Assembly (NCBI GenBank): GCA_964234715.1
Contig: OZ174279.1
Reading direction: 5' to 3' (one strand)
Source: Podarcis melisellensis
Lineage: Eukaryota
Length of the DNA: 64,000 bases
The position numbers were made by a program, and so were the translations under genes. Positions 33,901 to 42,656 of the stretch are shown here, piece after piece. A model generated the notes under the pieces. It was not told where the DNA came from and did not search any database. It saw only the letters and a list, made by a program, of their open reading frames with translations. The number at the start of each line of letters is the position of its first letter. Position 1 is the stretch's first letter.

Positions 33901-36558
33901 CGCTTCCCTGCAGAGGCTCTTCTTTCCCGTTCAAACCTTCATTATTTCTGCTGGATGCAAAACTCATCCTTGTTGTCCGTGGTGAACCTGGGAGGTTTAA
34001 TTTTTGGTCGATTTGCAACAGATATTTATATGCTTGAGCACACCTGCAAGTTACTATATATTTATTTGCTAGTTTTAAGCATTACTTTAACAATGAAATG
34101 GACCAGGACATTAAAATCATGGTACTACATCAGCAGAAAAGACATTTGTTTTAAAACAAGCAAGTTCTGAAGTGAACTGGGCATTCAATCCCAAGGTGCT
34201 ACAAGTTGAATTTTAGGAACTAAGCACAGTAGCAAATTTGCAGTCTTTTAATAATAGCTTTAGTACTCTGTTTCAGACAAAGGTATTTTCCGGCAATATC
34301 TAGAGGTGCCAGGGGATTTGAATCTGGGACATTTTATGTTTAGTGTATGGTACTCTCACTCACCTTTTCCAATTTTGAAGGTAGTGAATTACATTTTAAT
34401 TTATATTCTAACATTCCCAGAGGTTAGAGGATTGCATAACTTAAACAAGTGAAGTGAAAACTCTCGACTGCACAACACACCCACCCACAGCATGAGAACA
34501 TGTGTTCTCTGTACCTAGCTTTCCTTGGACACAGGTGACAATGATTGCTGTTGGAATTTCCAGACACCTCCAGATACTGTAAACCCACCCAAAGCCCTTA
34601 TGCATCAATAATTTTCCTGGCTGCATAGTGCTGATGTGGAATAAGGCTCAAGACCAACTTAAACTGTTCTTTAATAAGAACTTCAAGTGTTTTGGATTGG
34701 TAATTATATGTGTGCATGTCCCCCACCATCTATTCTAGGTCTCGCTGGATCTTGTCTCCCTGTGTTCAGCACCATGCCCTTTGCCTATTGCAATATCCAT
34801 CAGGTCTGCTACTATGCAAGTCGAAACGATAAATCTTACTGGCTGTCAAGCGCAGCTCCTTTGCCCATGATGCCCCTTTCTGAAGAAGAAATACAACCTT
34901 ACATTAGCAGATGTGCTGTCTGTGAGGCTCCTGCCCAAGCTGTTGCAGTTCATAGTCAAGATCAATCCATTCCTCCCTGTCCATCAAATTGGGGAAGCCT
35001 ATGGATAGGCTACTCATTTTTAATGGTAAGATTGAATATTACTTGGCTCTTCTATGGAACTATTTGGATCTAACCACGCTAGCTAATCACTGAAACTGAG
35101 CCTGTAAATTGAATAAAATGTATGAATGAATGAGAACACACTTACCTGGGAGAAGGTTCAGCTGAACTTAGTGGGACAGTCTTCTGAGTAGACATGCATA
35201 GGATTGAGCTGTCAGCAAGATCTGCAAAATGCTCAACTGATTTGTCAATTGCTAATTGACTGTAGACGTTTCACTCCTTCAGTTTGCCATCTTGGTTCCT
35301 TATCTTGTCTCTATTTGTTTTACTGTATTTATCAGTTGCCCAATAACTTTCTCTGGGCAATGCACAGCGCGTTATAAAAACAAGAGAACTATAAAATGCA
35401 AACTACAGTTCTAATGAGCAGAATTAAACTAAAATTGAGATAAAGTTGAAACCATGCCAACAGCAAATAACCACTGCAACTTAAGAGATAAATGGATCTG
35501 ATTTTAAATGTTTGTATGGCCTTCATCTGCTGCTAAAATGACATAGTCTGTGTCTCCAAGCAAGAGACCTTTTCTCTTGCAGACACTTCCCTTATTTCAG
35601 CTTGCAGAGGCATAACAAAATGACATCAGATTATTAACTTTTTACTGGCTTTATTGTATTGTTTTATGTTTGGTGTTATAAAATTTAGCCATTCAGTAGA
35701 ATTACTCCTGGAGGCTGAGACTGGCAGATCAATGAGCTCAGGAGTTTGGGTGTGCTGATCAAGTGTCCGCACTAAGTCTGGCATCACTGGGAACCACTTT
35801 GATATTTTTAATGATATTTGTAATGCAAATATTTTTATAAATAAAGCAAACTGTGGGCGCAGGTAATTATGTATGGGAAGAAGATGCAAGTTCTTCAGGC
35901 ACTGTGTTCTTGAGCTATGAAGAATTTCAAAGATCAAACACAAGACTTTGAATTGAGTCTAGAGTATCCTGCCAACCGACAGTTAGCTCCAAGTTCTAAT
36001 TAAATGAAGATTGGTTTTGACATAAACCATAGGCCAAAATCAATTCTCTTTATCACCATTCACACCCCGAAATGAAAACTGCAGAAGCTATCGCAAATTT
36101 CATTTTGCCTTATGAGAAATGCCAACTCTGTTGGTCAGTACTACGATTTAAAAGAGATTTAGTTGTAAGAAAGTTATATTGTGTTCACTACGCAGTCTTA
36201 TCCAAATGAGTCTCACTGAGCTCAGTGAGATTGGCTACTGAGTAAAACTGTACAGGGTGAGATAACTTCCACCTCTTTTGCCTGTTTCTTTCAGCACACT
36301 GGATCTGGTGACCAGGGAGGTGGACAGTCTCTCATGTCAACTGGAAGCTGCCTTGAGGACTTCAGATCAGCACCCTTCATTGAATGCCAGGGGCAGCGAG
36401 GGACATGCCAATTTTTTACCAATGAATACAGCTTCTGGTTAAGTACTGTAAACCCAGAGATGCAGTTTACTTCAGTCCCTCGCTCAGAGACTCTCAAAGA
36501 TGAGCAAGAACAACGCCGCAATGTAGGTAGATGCCAGGTCTGCATGAAATATGGCTAA
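1303..36558 (+). CDS. COL4A4: Collagen type IV alpha-4 chain, 3' part (34 coding exons, approx. human exons 15-48; 5' exons outside window)
   Basis: 34 AG/GT(GC)-bounded exons join in one frame (4203 nt incl. stop): interrupted Gly-X-Y repeats, then NC1 with 12 Cys and alpha4-type motifs ([58 protein letters not shown]); tail-to-tail with RHBDD1 as in mammals. Confidence 0.96.
2430..2610. mobile_element. hAT-type non-autonomous element
   Basis: Perfect 8-bp TSD GTCATGAT at 2422-2429 and 2611-2618; CA...TG termini. Confidence 0.7.
2668..2712. repeat. Compound (GT)n / (AG)n microsatellite
   Basis: Directly visible. Confidence 0.9.
3022..3157. mobile_element. Palindromic hAT-like MITE (family of 111-242)
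   Basis: Arms ggtgccctccag...acaactcccatca / tgatgggagttgt...ctggagggcacc. Confidence 0.7.
3239..3283 (+). CDS. COL4A4: COL4A4 exon (~ex16), 45 nt
   Basis: tag|[15 protein letters not shown]|gtagca. Confidence 0.88.
3690..3743 (+). CDS. COL4A4: COL4A4 exon (~ex17), 54 nt
   Basis: cag|[18 protein letters not shown]|gtcagg. Confidence 0.9.
3947..4016 (+). CDS. COL4A4: COL4A4 exon (~ex18), 70 nt
   Basis: cag|[23 protein letters not shown]-g|gtttac. Confidence 0.88.
4119..4223 (+). CDS. COL4A4: COL4A4 exon (~ex19), 105 nt
   Basis: cag|(G)[34 protein letters not shown]-a|gtaagt. Confidence 0.9.
5019..5061. repeat. 22-bp tandem duplication
   Basis: gatgccaaataaacaaacaaa x2. Confidence 0.85.
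6627..6791 (+). CDS. COL4A4: COL4A4 exon (~ex20), 165 nt
   Basis: tag|(S)[34 protein letters not shown]...GPP-g|gtaaga. Confidence 0.92.
6851..6882. repeat. (AC)n microsatellite
   Basis: Directly visible. Confidence 0.95.
6880..7119. mobile_element. Tc1/mariner (Tigger/pogo-like) MITE
   Basis: TIRs ca(c)tggtacctcggttta / taaactgaggtaccactg. Confidence 0.75.
8384..8732 (+). mobile_element. Sauria SINE, near full length, 30-bp TSD
   Basis: tRNA-like head with A/B boxes (ggtggcgttgtgg, ggtttgaatcc), Sauria body, (ACCTTT)n tail; direct repeats 8351-8380 / 8733-8762. Confidence 0.88.
8834..8898. repeat. (AAT)n microsatellite
   Basis: Directly visible. Confidence 0.95.
9149..9241 (+). CDS. COL4A4: COL4A4 exon (~ex21), 93 nt, GC donor
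   Basis: aag|(G)[30 protein letters not shown]-g|gcaagt. Confidence 0.85.
9400..9563 (+). CDS. COL4A4: COL4A4 exon (~ex22), 164 nt
   Basis: cag|(G)[22 protein letters not shown]...GPPGSP|gtgagt. Confidence 0.92.
9745..9997 (+). mobile_element. CR1-like LINE 3' end
   Basis: Same motif chain as 13586-13853. Confidence 0.55.
10091..10276. mobile_element. GC-rich hAT-type MITE
   Basis: Imperfect TIRs cagtggcgga / tccgctagtg; 8-bp TSD cactctga / cacccaga (6/8). Confidence 0.6.
10417..10489 (+). CDS. COL4A4: COL4A4 exon (~ex23), 73 nt
   Basis: aag|[24 protein letters not shown]-g|gtaact. Confidence 0.9.
11454..11560 (+). CDS. COL4A4: COL4A4 exon (~ex24), 107 nt
   Basis: aag|(G)[35 protein letters not shown]|gtatac. 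Confidence 0.88.
12020..12203 (+). CDS. COL4A4: COL4A4 exon (~ex25), 184 nt
   Basis: cag|[15 protein letters not shown]...GPKGEK-g|gtaatg. Confidence 0.92.
12299..12367 (+). CDS. COL4A4: COL4A4 exon (~ex26), 69 nt
   Basis: tag|(G)[22 protein letters not shown]-g|gtatga. Confidence 0.88.
13257..13364 (+). CDS. COL4A4: COL4A4 exon (~ex27), 108 nt
   Basis: cag|(G)[35 protein letters not shown]-g|gtaagt. Confidence 0.92.
13586..13853 (+). mobile_element. CR1-like LINE 3' end
   Basis: gtgatggcc...aaattcatggag...ctgaataccag...catctggttgg...ggatgctaaactagatggg...ctcttcttatgt; same motif chain at 9745-9997, 42433-42656, ~45540-45786. Confidence 0.6.
14273..14526 (-). mobile_element. RTE-clade LINE 3' fragment
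   Basis: [12 protein letters not shown]...WEEYREKK then (frameshift) [22 protein letters not shown], the typical RTE ORF C-terminal Cys/His motif; flanked by ttcacag repeats. Confidence 0.65.
14773..14991 (+). CDS. COL4A4: COL4A4 exon (~ex28), 219 nt
   Basis: tag|(G)[23 protein letters not shown]...GFAGLQ-g|gtatga. Confidence 0.92.
15121..15585 (+). mobile_element. L2 LINE 3' fragment (degenerate)
   Basis: Decayed ORF2 C-terminus (QFKVLVLTY...FSVVAP.L.NAL...FRRQAK), 3' UTR ending gggcggtata; (TAA)n tail displaced to 15846-15905 by a MITE. Confidence 0.7.
15586..15843. mobile_element. Tc1/mariner MITE (second family), inserted in an L2 tail
   Basis: TA|ccgtattttttgctctataagac...gtcttatagagcgaaaaatacgg|TA; internal palindrome cagaagccagaacagcaagagg / cctcttgctgttctggcttctg. 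Confidence 0.85.
15850..15905. repeat. (AAT)n microsatellite (L2 tail)
   Basis: Directly visible. Confidence 0.95.
17224..17385 (+). CDS. COL4A4: COL4A4 exon (~ex29), 162 nt
   Basis: cag|(G)[18 protein letters not shown]...[10 protein letters not shown]...GFP-g|gtaagc. Confidence 0.92.
18154..18324 (+). CDS. COL4A4: COL4A4 exon (~ex30), 171 nt
   Basis: tag|(G)[24 protein letters not shown]...GQK-g|gtacgt. Confidence 0.92.
18810..18953 (+). CDS. COL4A4: COL4A4 exon (~ex31), 144 nt
   Basis: aag|(G)[12 protein letters not shown]...GECGSMGLK-g|gtatgt. Confidence 0.9.
19619..19726 (+). CDS. COL4A4: COL4A4 exon (~ex32), 108 nt
   Basis: aag|(G)[35 protein letters not shown]-g|gtaagc. Confidence 0.9.
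20087..20273 (-). mobile_element. tRNA-derived squamate SINE (Squam3-like)
   Basis: - strand reads gctcaggggtagagcatcc...caggttcagtctcc...gagctagatggaccaatggtctgactcagtgtgaagcagcttcc; related pieces at ~60-345 (-), ~5700-5810 (+), ~19058-19120 (-). Confidence 0.65.
20360..20605 (+). mobile_element. Sauria SINE with internal deletion
   Basis: Same head and tail as other copies, ~118 nt missing; TSD ttactacaca 20350-20359 / 20606-20615. Confidence 0.85.
20976..21157 (+). CDS. COL4A4: COL4A4 exon (~ex33), 182 nt
   Basis: cag|(G)[12 protein letters not shown]...[15 protein letters not shown]|gtaggg. Confidence 0.92.
22077..22140 (+). CDS. COL4A4: COL4A4 exon (~ex34), 64 nt
   Basis: tag|[21 protein letters not shown]-g|gtaatg. 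Confidence 0.9.
22219..22435. mobile_element. Tc1/mariner MITE
   Basis: TA|cagtggaacc...ggtaccactg|TA. Confidence 0.78.
22736..23099 (+). mobile_element. Sauria SINE, full length, distinct subfamily
   Basis: gggacgcaggtggcgctgtgg...ggttcgaatcc...(ACCTTT)3; TSD taaagcacctttc 22722-22734 / 23100-23112. Confidence 0.9.
23356..23430 (+). CDS. COL4A4: COL4A4 exon (~ex35), 75 nt
   Basis: cag|(G)[24 protein letters not shown]-g|gtgatg. Confidence 0.88.
24647..24754 (+). CDS. COL4A4: COL4A4 exon (~ex36), 108 nt
   Basis: aag|(G)[35 protein letters not shown]-g|gtgagg. Confidence 0.9.
25169..25276 (+). CDS. COL4A4: COL4A4 exon (~ex37), 108 nt
   Basis: cag|(G)[18 protein letters not shown]...GRK-g|gtaact. 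Confidence 0.92.
25747..25818 (+). CDS. COL4A4: COL4A4 exon (~ex38), 72 nt
   Basis: aag|(G)[23 protein letters not shown]-g|gtaaat. Confidence 0.9.
26323..26562. mobile_element. Tc1/mariner MITE
   Basis: TA|cagtgctgcctctggtta...taacccaaggtaccactg|TA; internal TIR-like repeats (gtacctcgggttaagaac). Confidence 0.78.
26861..26989 (+). CDS. COL4A4: COL4A4 exon (~ex39), 129 nt
   Basis: aag|(G)[34 protein letters not shown]...GPP-g|gtaagg. Confidence 0.9.
27352..27459 (+). CDS. COL4A4: COL4A4 exon (~ex40), 108 nt
   Basis: cag|(G)[35 protein letters not shown]-g|gtatga. Confidence 0.9.
28205..28360 (+). CDS. COL4A4: COL4A4 exon (~ex41), 156 nt
   Basis: cag|(G)[22 protein letters not shown]...GREGSK-g|gtatgg. 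Confidence 0.92.
28443..28541 (+). CDS. COL4A4: COL4A4 exon (~ex42), 99 nt
   Basis: aag|(G)[32 protein letters not shown]-g|gtaata. Confidence 0.9.
28777..29126 (+). mobile_element. Sauria SINE, full length
   Basis: Highly similar to the 8384 copy; TSD tacagtgcat 28764-28773 / 29127-29136. Confidence 0.88.
30439..30447 (+). CDS. COL4A4: COL4A4 9-nt microexon (~ex43)
   Basis: ccaccag|GTTGCAGAG|gtaagc; phase 1-1, adds one Gly-X-Y triplet (GCR); same position as the 9-nt human exon 43 as I recall it. Confidence 0.8.
31512..31590. repeat. Short palindromic interspersed repeat (caatcct...ccaggtaagtg...ggattg family)
   Basis: Related copies at ~5578-5657, ~35138-35206 (inverted), ~38010-38083. 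Confidence 0.55.
31631..31765 (+). CDS. COL4A4: COL4A4 exon (~ex44), 135 nt
   Basis: cag|(G)[21 protein letters not shown]...GPP-g|gtaagt. Confidence 0.92.
32659..32775 (+). CDS. COL4A4: COL4A4 exon (~ex45), 117 nt
   Basis: cag|(G)[12 protein letters not shown]...GYTGLQ-g|gtaagt. Confidence 0.92.
33459..33647 (+). CDS. COL4A4: COL4A4 exon (~ex46), helix/NC1 junction, 189 nt
   Basis: aag|(G)[28 protein letters not shown]...AHNQDL-g|gtgagg. Confidence 0.93.
34739..35025 (+). CDS. COL4A4: COL4A4 exon (~ex47), NC1, 287 nt
   Basis: tag|(G)[17 protein letters not shown]...[10 protein letters not shown]|gtaaga. Confidence 0.95.
36295..36558 (+). CDS. COL4A4: COL4A4 last coding exon (~ex48), NC1 C-terminus
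   Basis: cag|[31 protein letters not shown]...SETLKDE...CQVCMKYG* (TAA 36556-36558). Confidence 0.95.
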   Translation, partial: HTGSGDQGGGQSLMSTGSCLEDFRSAPFIECQGQRGTCQFFTNEYSFWLSTVNPEMQFTSVPRSETLKDEQEQRRNVGRCQVCMKYG

Positions 36559-36839
36559 AAGAAACCCGACCGTTTACCAAAGTGAAAGGGGATGCCGTCA
36601 GTTGCATGTGGTGCTAATCTTATGTGAAACTGTGCACTGCCGTTCAAGCCTTTGGCCACATCTGCAGGAGTTTAAGCCAGTCAAACCATGGAACTGTAGT
36701 TCTTCCTCAAGTCCCACTCCCTGTGCAGCGACACTTTAAGAGGCATTGCAGCTGTGCTAGCTAGAAATGTATGGAAAGCTTATTGTCCTTTATGAGCCCC
36801 AAAGCATAAGCCCACTTGCAAAGGCCAGCAGGATGGGAG

Positions 36840-37050
36840 GGCCAGTGTGGGGTAATGGTTAAGAGTGCTGGACTAGGACCTGGCATGAACCTCAGCTTGG
36901 TGATCTTAGGCCAGTCACTGGCTCTCAGCCTATCCTACCACACAGAGCATTGTGAGGATAAAAGGGGAAGGGGAAGAATGACATGCACCCACTAGAATTC
37001 ACTAGAGGAAAGATGGGGTGTAAATGTAGGAAAACATAAATAAATAAAAA
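36840..37050 (+). mobile_element. MIR/CORE-like SINE downstream of the COL4A4 stop
   Basis: tRNA-like head (gtgtggggtaatggttaagagtgctggact), CORE-like gtgatcttaggccagtcact...tgtgaggataaa, (TAAA)n tail. Confidence 0.55.
37039..37048 (+). terminator. Candidate COL4A4 poly(A) signal (overlapping AATAAA x2)
   Basis: First canonical AATAAA I find after the COL4A4 stop; T-rich tract ~20 nt downstream. Confidence 0.35.
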
Positions 37051-37381
37051 ACAAACCATCACCTGACTTATTTTTTGCTGCCATAGGGAATAGATCATCT
37101 ATCACCCTCATCCATCTTTTTTCCCTGGAGCTTTTTACCCTTTATTTCCCTCTTGTCTCCTTAAACTACAAGCCTGCAGGCAAGTCCAGTCTTATGTTTT
37201 TAATATTGTTTATACAACACCTTGATGATTGAGACACTTTATTAGTCGTAAACTATTTTTATTAGGTCTGACCTAGCAGTGTCACGGATGCAATTCATGT
37301 AAGCATGAAAAGCCAGCATGCTTAAGCAAATTTCTGCCAGGAGGTTGTGACACTGCCACAAATAGAGCCAAGTCATACTTA

Positions 37382-37545
37382 CTGTATTTTTCTGTGTATA
37401 AGTATATTTTTTACTAAATTTTTGAAGTTTAAAATAAGGGGTCATCTTATACACGGATAGTGCATGGTGCACTTTCTTAATTTTGGGTAAAATAAATTAG
37501 GGGTCGTCTTATACATAGGGTCGTCTTATACACAGAAAAATACGG
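37382..37545. mobile_element. Tc1/mariner MITE
   Basis: TA|ctgtatttttctgtgtataag...cttatacacagaaaaatacgg|TA. Confidence 0.8.
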
Positions 37546-40500
37546 TACTTTCCCCATGTGGTTGCATCCTCAGGGATCACCATTTGAATGCTTGTAAATC
37601 AGCGCAAAGAATGAGAATACATATGAAACATTTTCTCATATGGTGTTATCTCCATTTTTAAAAGTCGTGTGTGCATCATTTTCACTTGAGTCTAATTAAA
37701 TTATACTAACCCTACAGGCAGGTCACACTTTTAGACATCTTTGTAACACAGAGCTGGTCTGTCAATGGGCCTGATTGGGGATCCTGCCATCTTCTATTCT
37801 GTGGACGTAACCAAGACAGTGTAGGTGTCACTTAGACAGGAGTGTGGCCCTGTTAGGAATGTGGGCTTGGAAGAGAGCACATTGGTGAAGGCAAGAAGGG
37901 CTAACATGGCTTAAAACCAAGCACTTTGGCCTGGACTGATAAGTGAAGAGATTCTAAGCAACCACATATTTTGTGCTCTAACCAAGCACTGATATGATTC
38001 TTATAGCACTATCCTATGCATGGCTATTCAGAAGTAAGTTCCTCTAAGTTCAACAGGACTTTTCTTAGGTAGATGCACATAGGAAATAACTCATAATGCT
38101 GTTACTTCTTGTAATGTAGAATACTTTCATAACCAAGCTTCATCAAGAACAGATTTCCCTATTCCCCCTCAAGTTCCAACTGGGAAGCAAGGTAAAGTGG
38201 ACATTTACTGAACACTGTGCAATCCTTGGTGACAAGAGGCAACTGGCTTACCAGTGCCTGCTTTGCTGTTCTGATTTCCCACCCTTGGAGGAAACTACCT
38301 AAAGAAGCCTCCTGTTAAGGTAGCTAATGAATGGGTGGACAGCAGCCCTTTGGAGAAGAGCTTGTTTAACTGGGTTTTTATACACAGGCGGGTCACTGAG
38401 AAGCCAGTCTGAGTATCTTTATGTTTTCATTTATTTTGAGTTATTTATATCATTTTATATTTTTTTCTGCTGCACTGTTATTACAGCCATTCATCAACAG
38501 TCCATCCTTCACATCCTCTTCAAGGGACATGCCACAGAGTACATAAGAAGTATCTAGGGACGCATGCATGCAGCCCTTTTAAAAAGCAAAATTCCCCTCA
38601 ATCAGCTGTTTGGCAAGAAAGGATGAACAATAGGGGAAATAGAATACAGCCTCTAATCCCCCGTAAACAGTGCTGAAAATCTGACCTAAACTACAATATG
38701 ATCTTCAGGACACCAGATCCACCACACGATGGGCATAGTTGGTCTTTGGCCTGATATTTATCGACAAGAGAAAGAAAACAAAGGTGCTAAAAATAGCTTT
38801 AATGCATGAAAAAACATTAAAATACAGACAACAGGGAAAATACCACCTTGCCCGCTTGCAATGTTAATTCAACAAACAGGCTAGGTCAAACCCACCTGAG
38901 GTATTAACCAGATCTCTTGTTCAGCCTATACGCAAGCATTCACAGAAGTATCATATTGCAGATGAGTGCATGTCACAGAAGCTACAGCAACGGGCATGAT
39001 CACTTAAAAAATATTACTGTCTTGCTTACTTGGCAGAACTAGCAAGAACCAACAAATGCGAAGATAAATGAATATTATAGTGGGTGAATACCAACTAACC
39101 TTGTGGGTGAAACCCTGCCTCTTTATACCCTCCCCACTGCTCTGCAGTGTTGGGCGAATCTCTAGAGCATATTGGGGGGGGTGTAGGAAGGAGGAGTTCT
39201 GTCACACAACAGGAAATCCTGCAGGAAATGCATTATTTGGATACCGCCTATAATATTTGCACATATGGTAGACAAAAAGTAAAAGTAATTTGCAGCTTAA
39301 AGTACAGACTATAAGACAGCAAGATGGCTAGTGGTTACATATTAACACAGGCTACCCAAACCTATACTGCCTGGACCATAAACTTAAACATTTCCTGTAG
39401 CAGATATAAGAGGCAGACAGATCAACTGTTCTATGTGGAGTAAAGGCACAGACTAGGAAACCTGACAAAATAGCAGTGGAGCCATATACCCAAGGGCAGG
39501 AGTGGGGAGGGACTTGAATGCAAATGACATGGGGCTGGACTAATTTGGGGCTGGGTGGTGGTGCTGGGAGATAACAAGACTAGGGAAATAGGAAAGAGAG
39601 AGTAAGCAGAAACAAGGCAATAATAATTGCCTACCTCAAGAAGGGGCAATAAAGGTAAAAGGTTTCCTTGATTCCACTGTAACCTGCTGGGGCACAGTAA
39701 TGGTTGAGACCAGAATTTCTAACAGTGGTTCAAAAAGGGTATAGAACGGTCTGCTCAAATTTCAAGAGGCACCAGGTAAGACGAGTGAACAACAGACAAC
39801 AATGGGTTGGCCAGTAAGTTGGCCTTTGAGGCAAGCCAGACTCCCATCCTAAGTTCATTCCAAGTTGCTTGATAAAGTTTTAAAAATAGAAAAAAGCTTG
39901 TTTTAGTGATAAAACTCGCTTGTGCTTCCTACAACGGTCATGACTTAATGTTTGTTCTAGATGAAACAGTTTGGGATAATAGTTTTCAGCACCACATGAA
40001 CAGTTAGCTGCATGTTCACCTATAAACAGACCTCTTAAGCGTGTTTCCCTAAAATAAAACCAAGAGTCATACAGGAAGGAGGGGGGGAATCCTCATTCCC
40101 GGTCTGCAAAGTGTTACAGATAAAAGCACTTTAAAGAGGCCCAAGGCTTAACAAGTAGCATAAGAAAGAAAAAACTACAACTGTTGTTTTGTTTTCATGC
40201 AAAATAAAGTGAGCGTGGATGTTTGTGCATTCCAAGCTACTCATGCTTTGACAATTTATTCTGGCTTTATATGCCAATTTGCAATGCTGTCATGACAAAT
40301 GTGTTGTTGCCATGGTAACTTCCACAGTCAGTGCTTAGGCTGTCACTGAAATACTATCCTCCACTTTAAATGAGCAGCAATATTTCACGGCACATTTTTA
40401 AAAATACTGTTTTTACACAGAGAATGGAGCCATCCGCAGGGAACATTCCTTCCTATGTTTTCCCTGTGGTGTCTGTTTCTTCCCTCTACATTGATTGGAA

Positions 40501-42432
40501 TTCTATAATCCCTTGAGGTTCAAGGGGATATATATTTGTTGTTTTCAACAGACTTCTCTTCGGTGTTCTAGGGAGTACACAGACCACAGGTAACTAAAAG
40601 AAACCATAGAGAAATGTCCAAGTATGGGTTTTGGTCTATATTTCAAGTACAATGACAGATGTGTCCCAATCACAAAATCAGATATACATACACCTTAGGC
40701 CCAAATTTGTTGATTGAACAAACACTAACCAATCCCAAAATCCTATGCTCCCAGAAGTTCATAGTACTATTGGAATAGTACATGTAGTAGGATGTTGGTG
40801 TTACTGCCTGCCATTGCTAAACATAGGCTGTCATTCATACATGCCTTGCAGGCTGCTGCAGAAGCCCTCAGAACTAGATGCAAGAAGCAAAGCCTCTGAA
40901 GTAGCTTTCAGTGCAGGCAGTTACCTCAAGGAAGGCTGAAGCAAGTTTCAAACACTTCCACTTTTGCAATTTATCAGATTCAAGCCAGAGTACAAGCTAT
41001 AGAGGCTAACGGATCCAAATATCTCTTTCAAGGTGAGGATCCTAGGCAGTTGCAATGAGAAACAAAGCCTCACCTTGAAACCCTGTACAGAAAGCTGTCC
41101 ATCCAGGTTGATCCATGAAAGGTATTTCTCTGTTCAGGAATCTTCCAGGCAGCCCACAAAAATCAGCCACACTGCTGAGAGGGACAACCGTTCTTCACAA
41201 CCAACCTTTGCTCTGCACTGAATTGTTTGAGATAAAATACACTGGAGCACTCAGACTGGAGCGCAAGAACAATAACTGACCAGATGTCATGCAGACACTC
41301 TGGCCTTCTCTAGTGACAGGTCCAGTGCAAGTTGGAGAGAAGAGATGATGTTATGGATACCCAAGAGGCATCAGTGTGACAAAGGGAAGATTACCCAAAC
41401 CAAATTCTCATTCTTACCAGCGGGGTGGTCATGCTTGGGTCCTGACTGTCTTACTGACCCAAAGGCTCACTAAGGGACTGATGCTGCTGATAGGGCCTCC
41501 TTGGCACATCTTTCAGGTGTGTAAGGGATGAAGAGCAAAGGCCATAATATCACTGATGTGATGTCTGAAGTCAAAGACAGGCAGCAGGATACACCATCTC
41601 CTGGCTCTCACCTTGGTACCAACCTGTTGTATTGAGTTAGAGGTTGTAACAACCCAAAGTTCAATCATTCCCTCTCTCTTGCTCCTTTGTTCCAAAGGCA
41701 ACTGTGCTACAGCAATGAAACTCTAGGTAAGAATCATACACCAGTTAGCTGCCACACAGACACTCTTTTGGATGAGCTGGAGACAATATGGAATGAAAGT
41801 GTGATGTTGAAAGGTATCCTCAGACTCCAGGAAGGATGTGACAATCTCCCCCAATACTACTCAGAATAAAGTGGCTGTTCTACCAAGCCATCAGGAGAAA
41901 AGAATTTGATTATTTACACAACAGCAAACACATTTTTGGAAACAAACATTATACTGCATGGTTCTTCTATGAACAGAGCTTTCATTCACTAAATTTAAGG
42001 ACAACCTTTCCACAGTCATTTGAAACTGAAAATCAGGTACCTTAATTGATCAATATTAGATTTTTTTAATATACATGTTCATTTTATCAGGGATACTCTT
42101 CAATTAGAAAATGCTATGTTGAGGGACCAAAACACATACATGCACACACAAAAACACAGCCCTATTTAAGCTGAAGTGTGAAATATATATATTTTATTCT
42201 TTTTAAAAAATCACAAGATTGCTTGTTAATTCACAAACCATAATTACCAGAGACAAAACATGTAATGAACAGGAATGTTAAATCTCACCTTTTCTAACAC
42301 TATTCCTCAAAAGAGATTAACCAAAATGATTTCCGGGAGCTTGTGAAGAGTTCCTTTAAATATCATAATTTAAAAGTCAAGGGCATCTTCATCAGCAACA
42401 CTTGCAGAAGTTTACAATAAGTAAACAGGAGG

Positions 42433-42656
42433 CCGTGATAACCACCAACTTAGATGGCTCTAAAAGATTAGATAAATTCATGGAGAAGAGCATTCAAGGA
42501 GAAGAATGCTTCTGAATACCAGTTGCTGGAAACCACAAAAGACAGTGCTCTTATGCTCCCTAGTTTTTCCTAGGCATCTGGTTGGCCACTGTGAGAACAG
42601 GATGCTGGACTAGACGGGCCATTGGCCTGATCCAACAGGCTATTCTTATGTTCTTA
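42433..42656 (+). mobile_element. CR1-like LINE 3' end
   Basis: gtgataaccaccaacttagatggc...ggcctgatccaacaggctattcttatgttctt. Confidence 0.6.

Noticed and set aside
33459-36558. Calling the collagen COL4A3, COL4A2 or COL4A6
   Set aside because: NC1 motifs ([31 protein letters not shown]), exon sizes and tail-to-tail adjacency to RHBDD1 fit COL4A4
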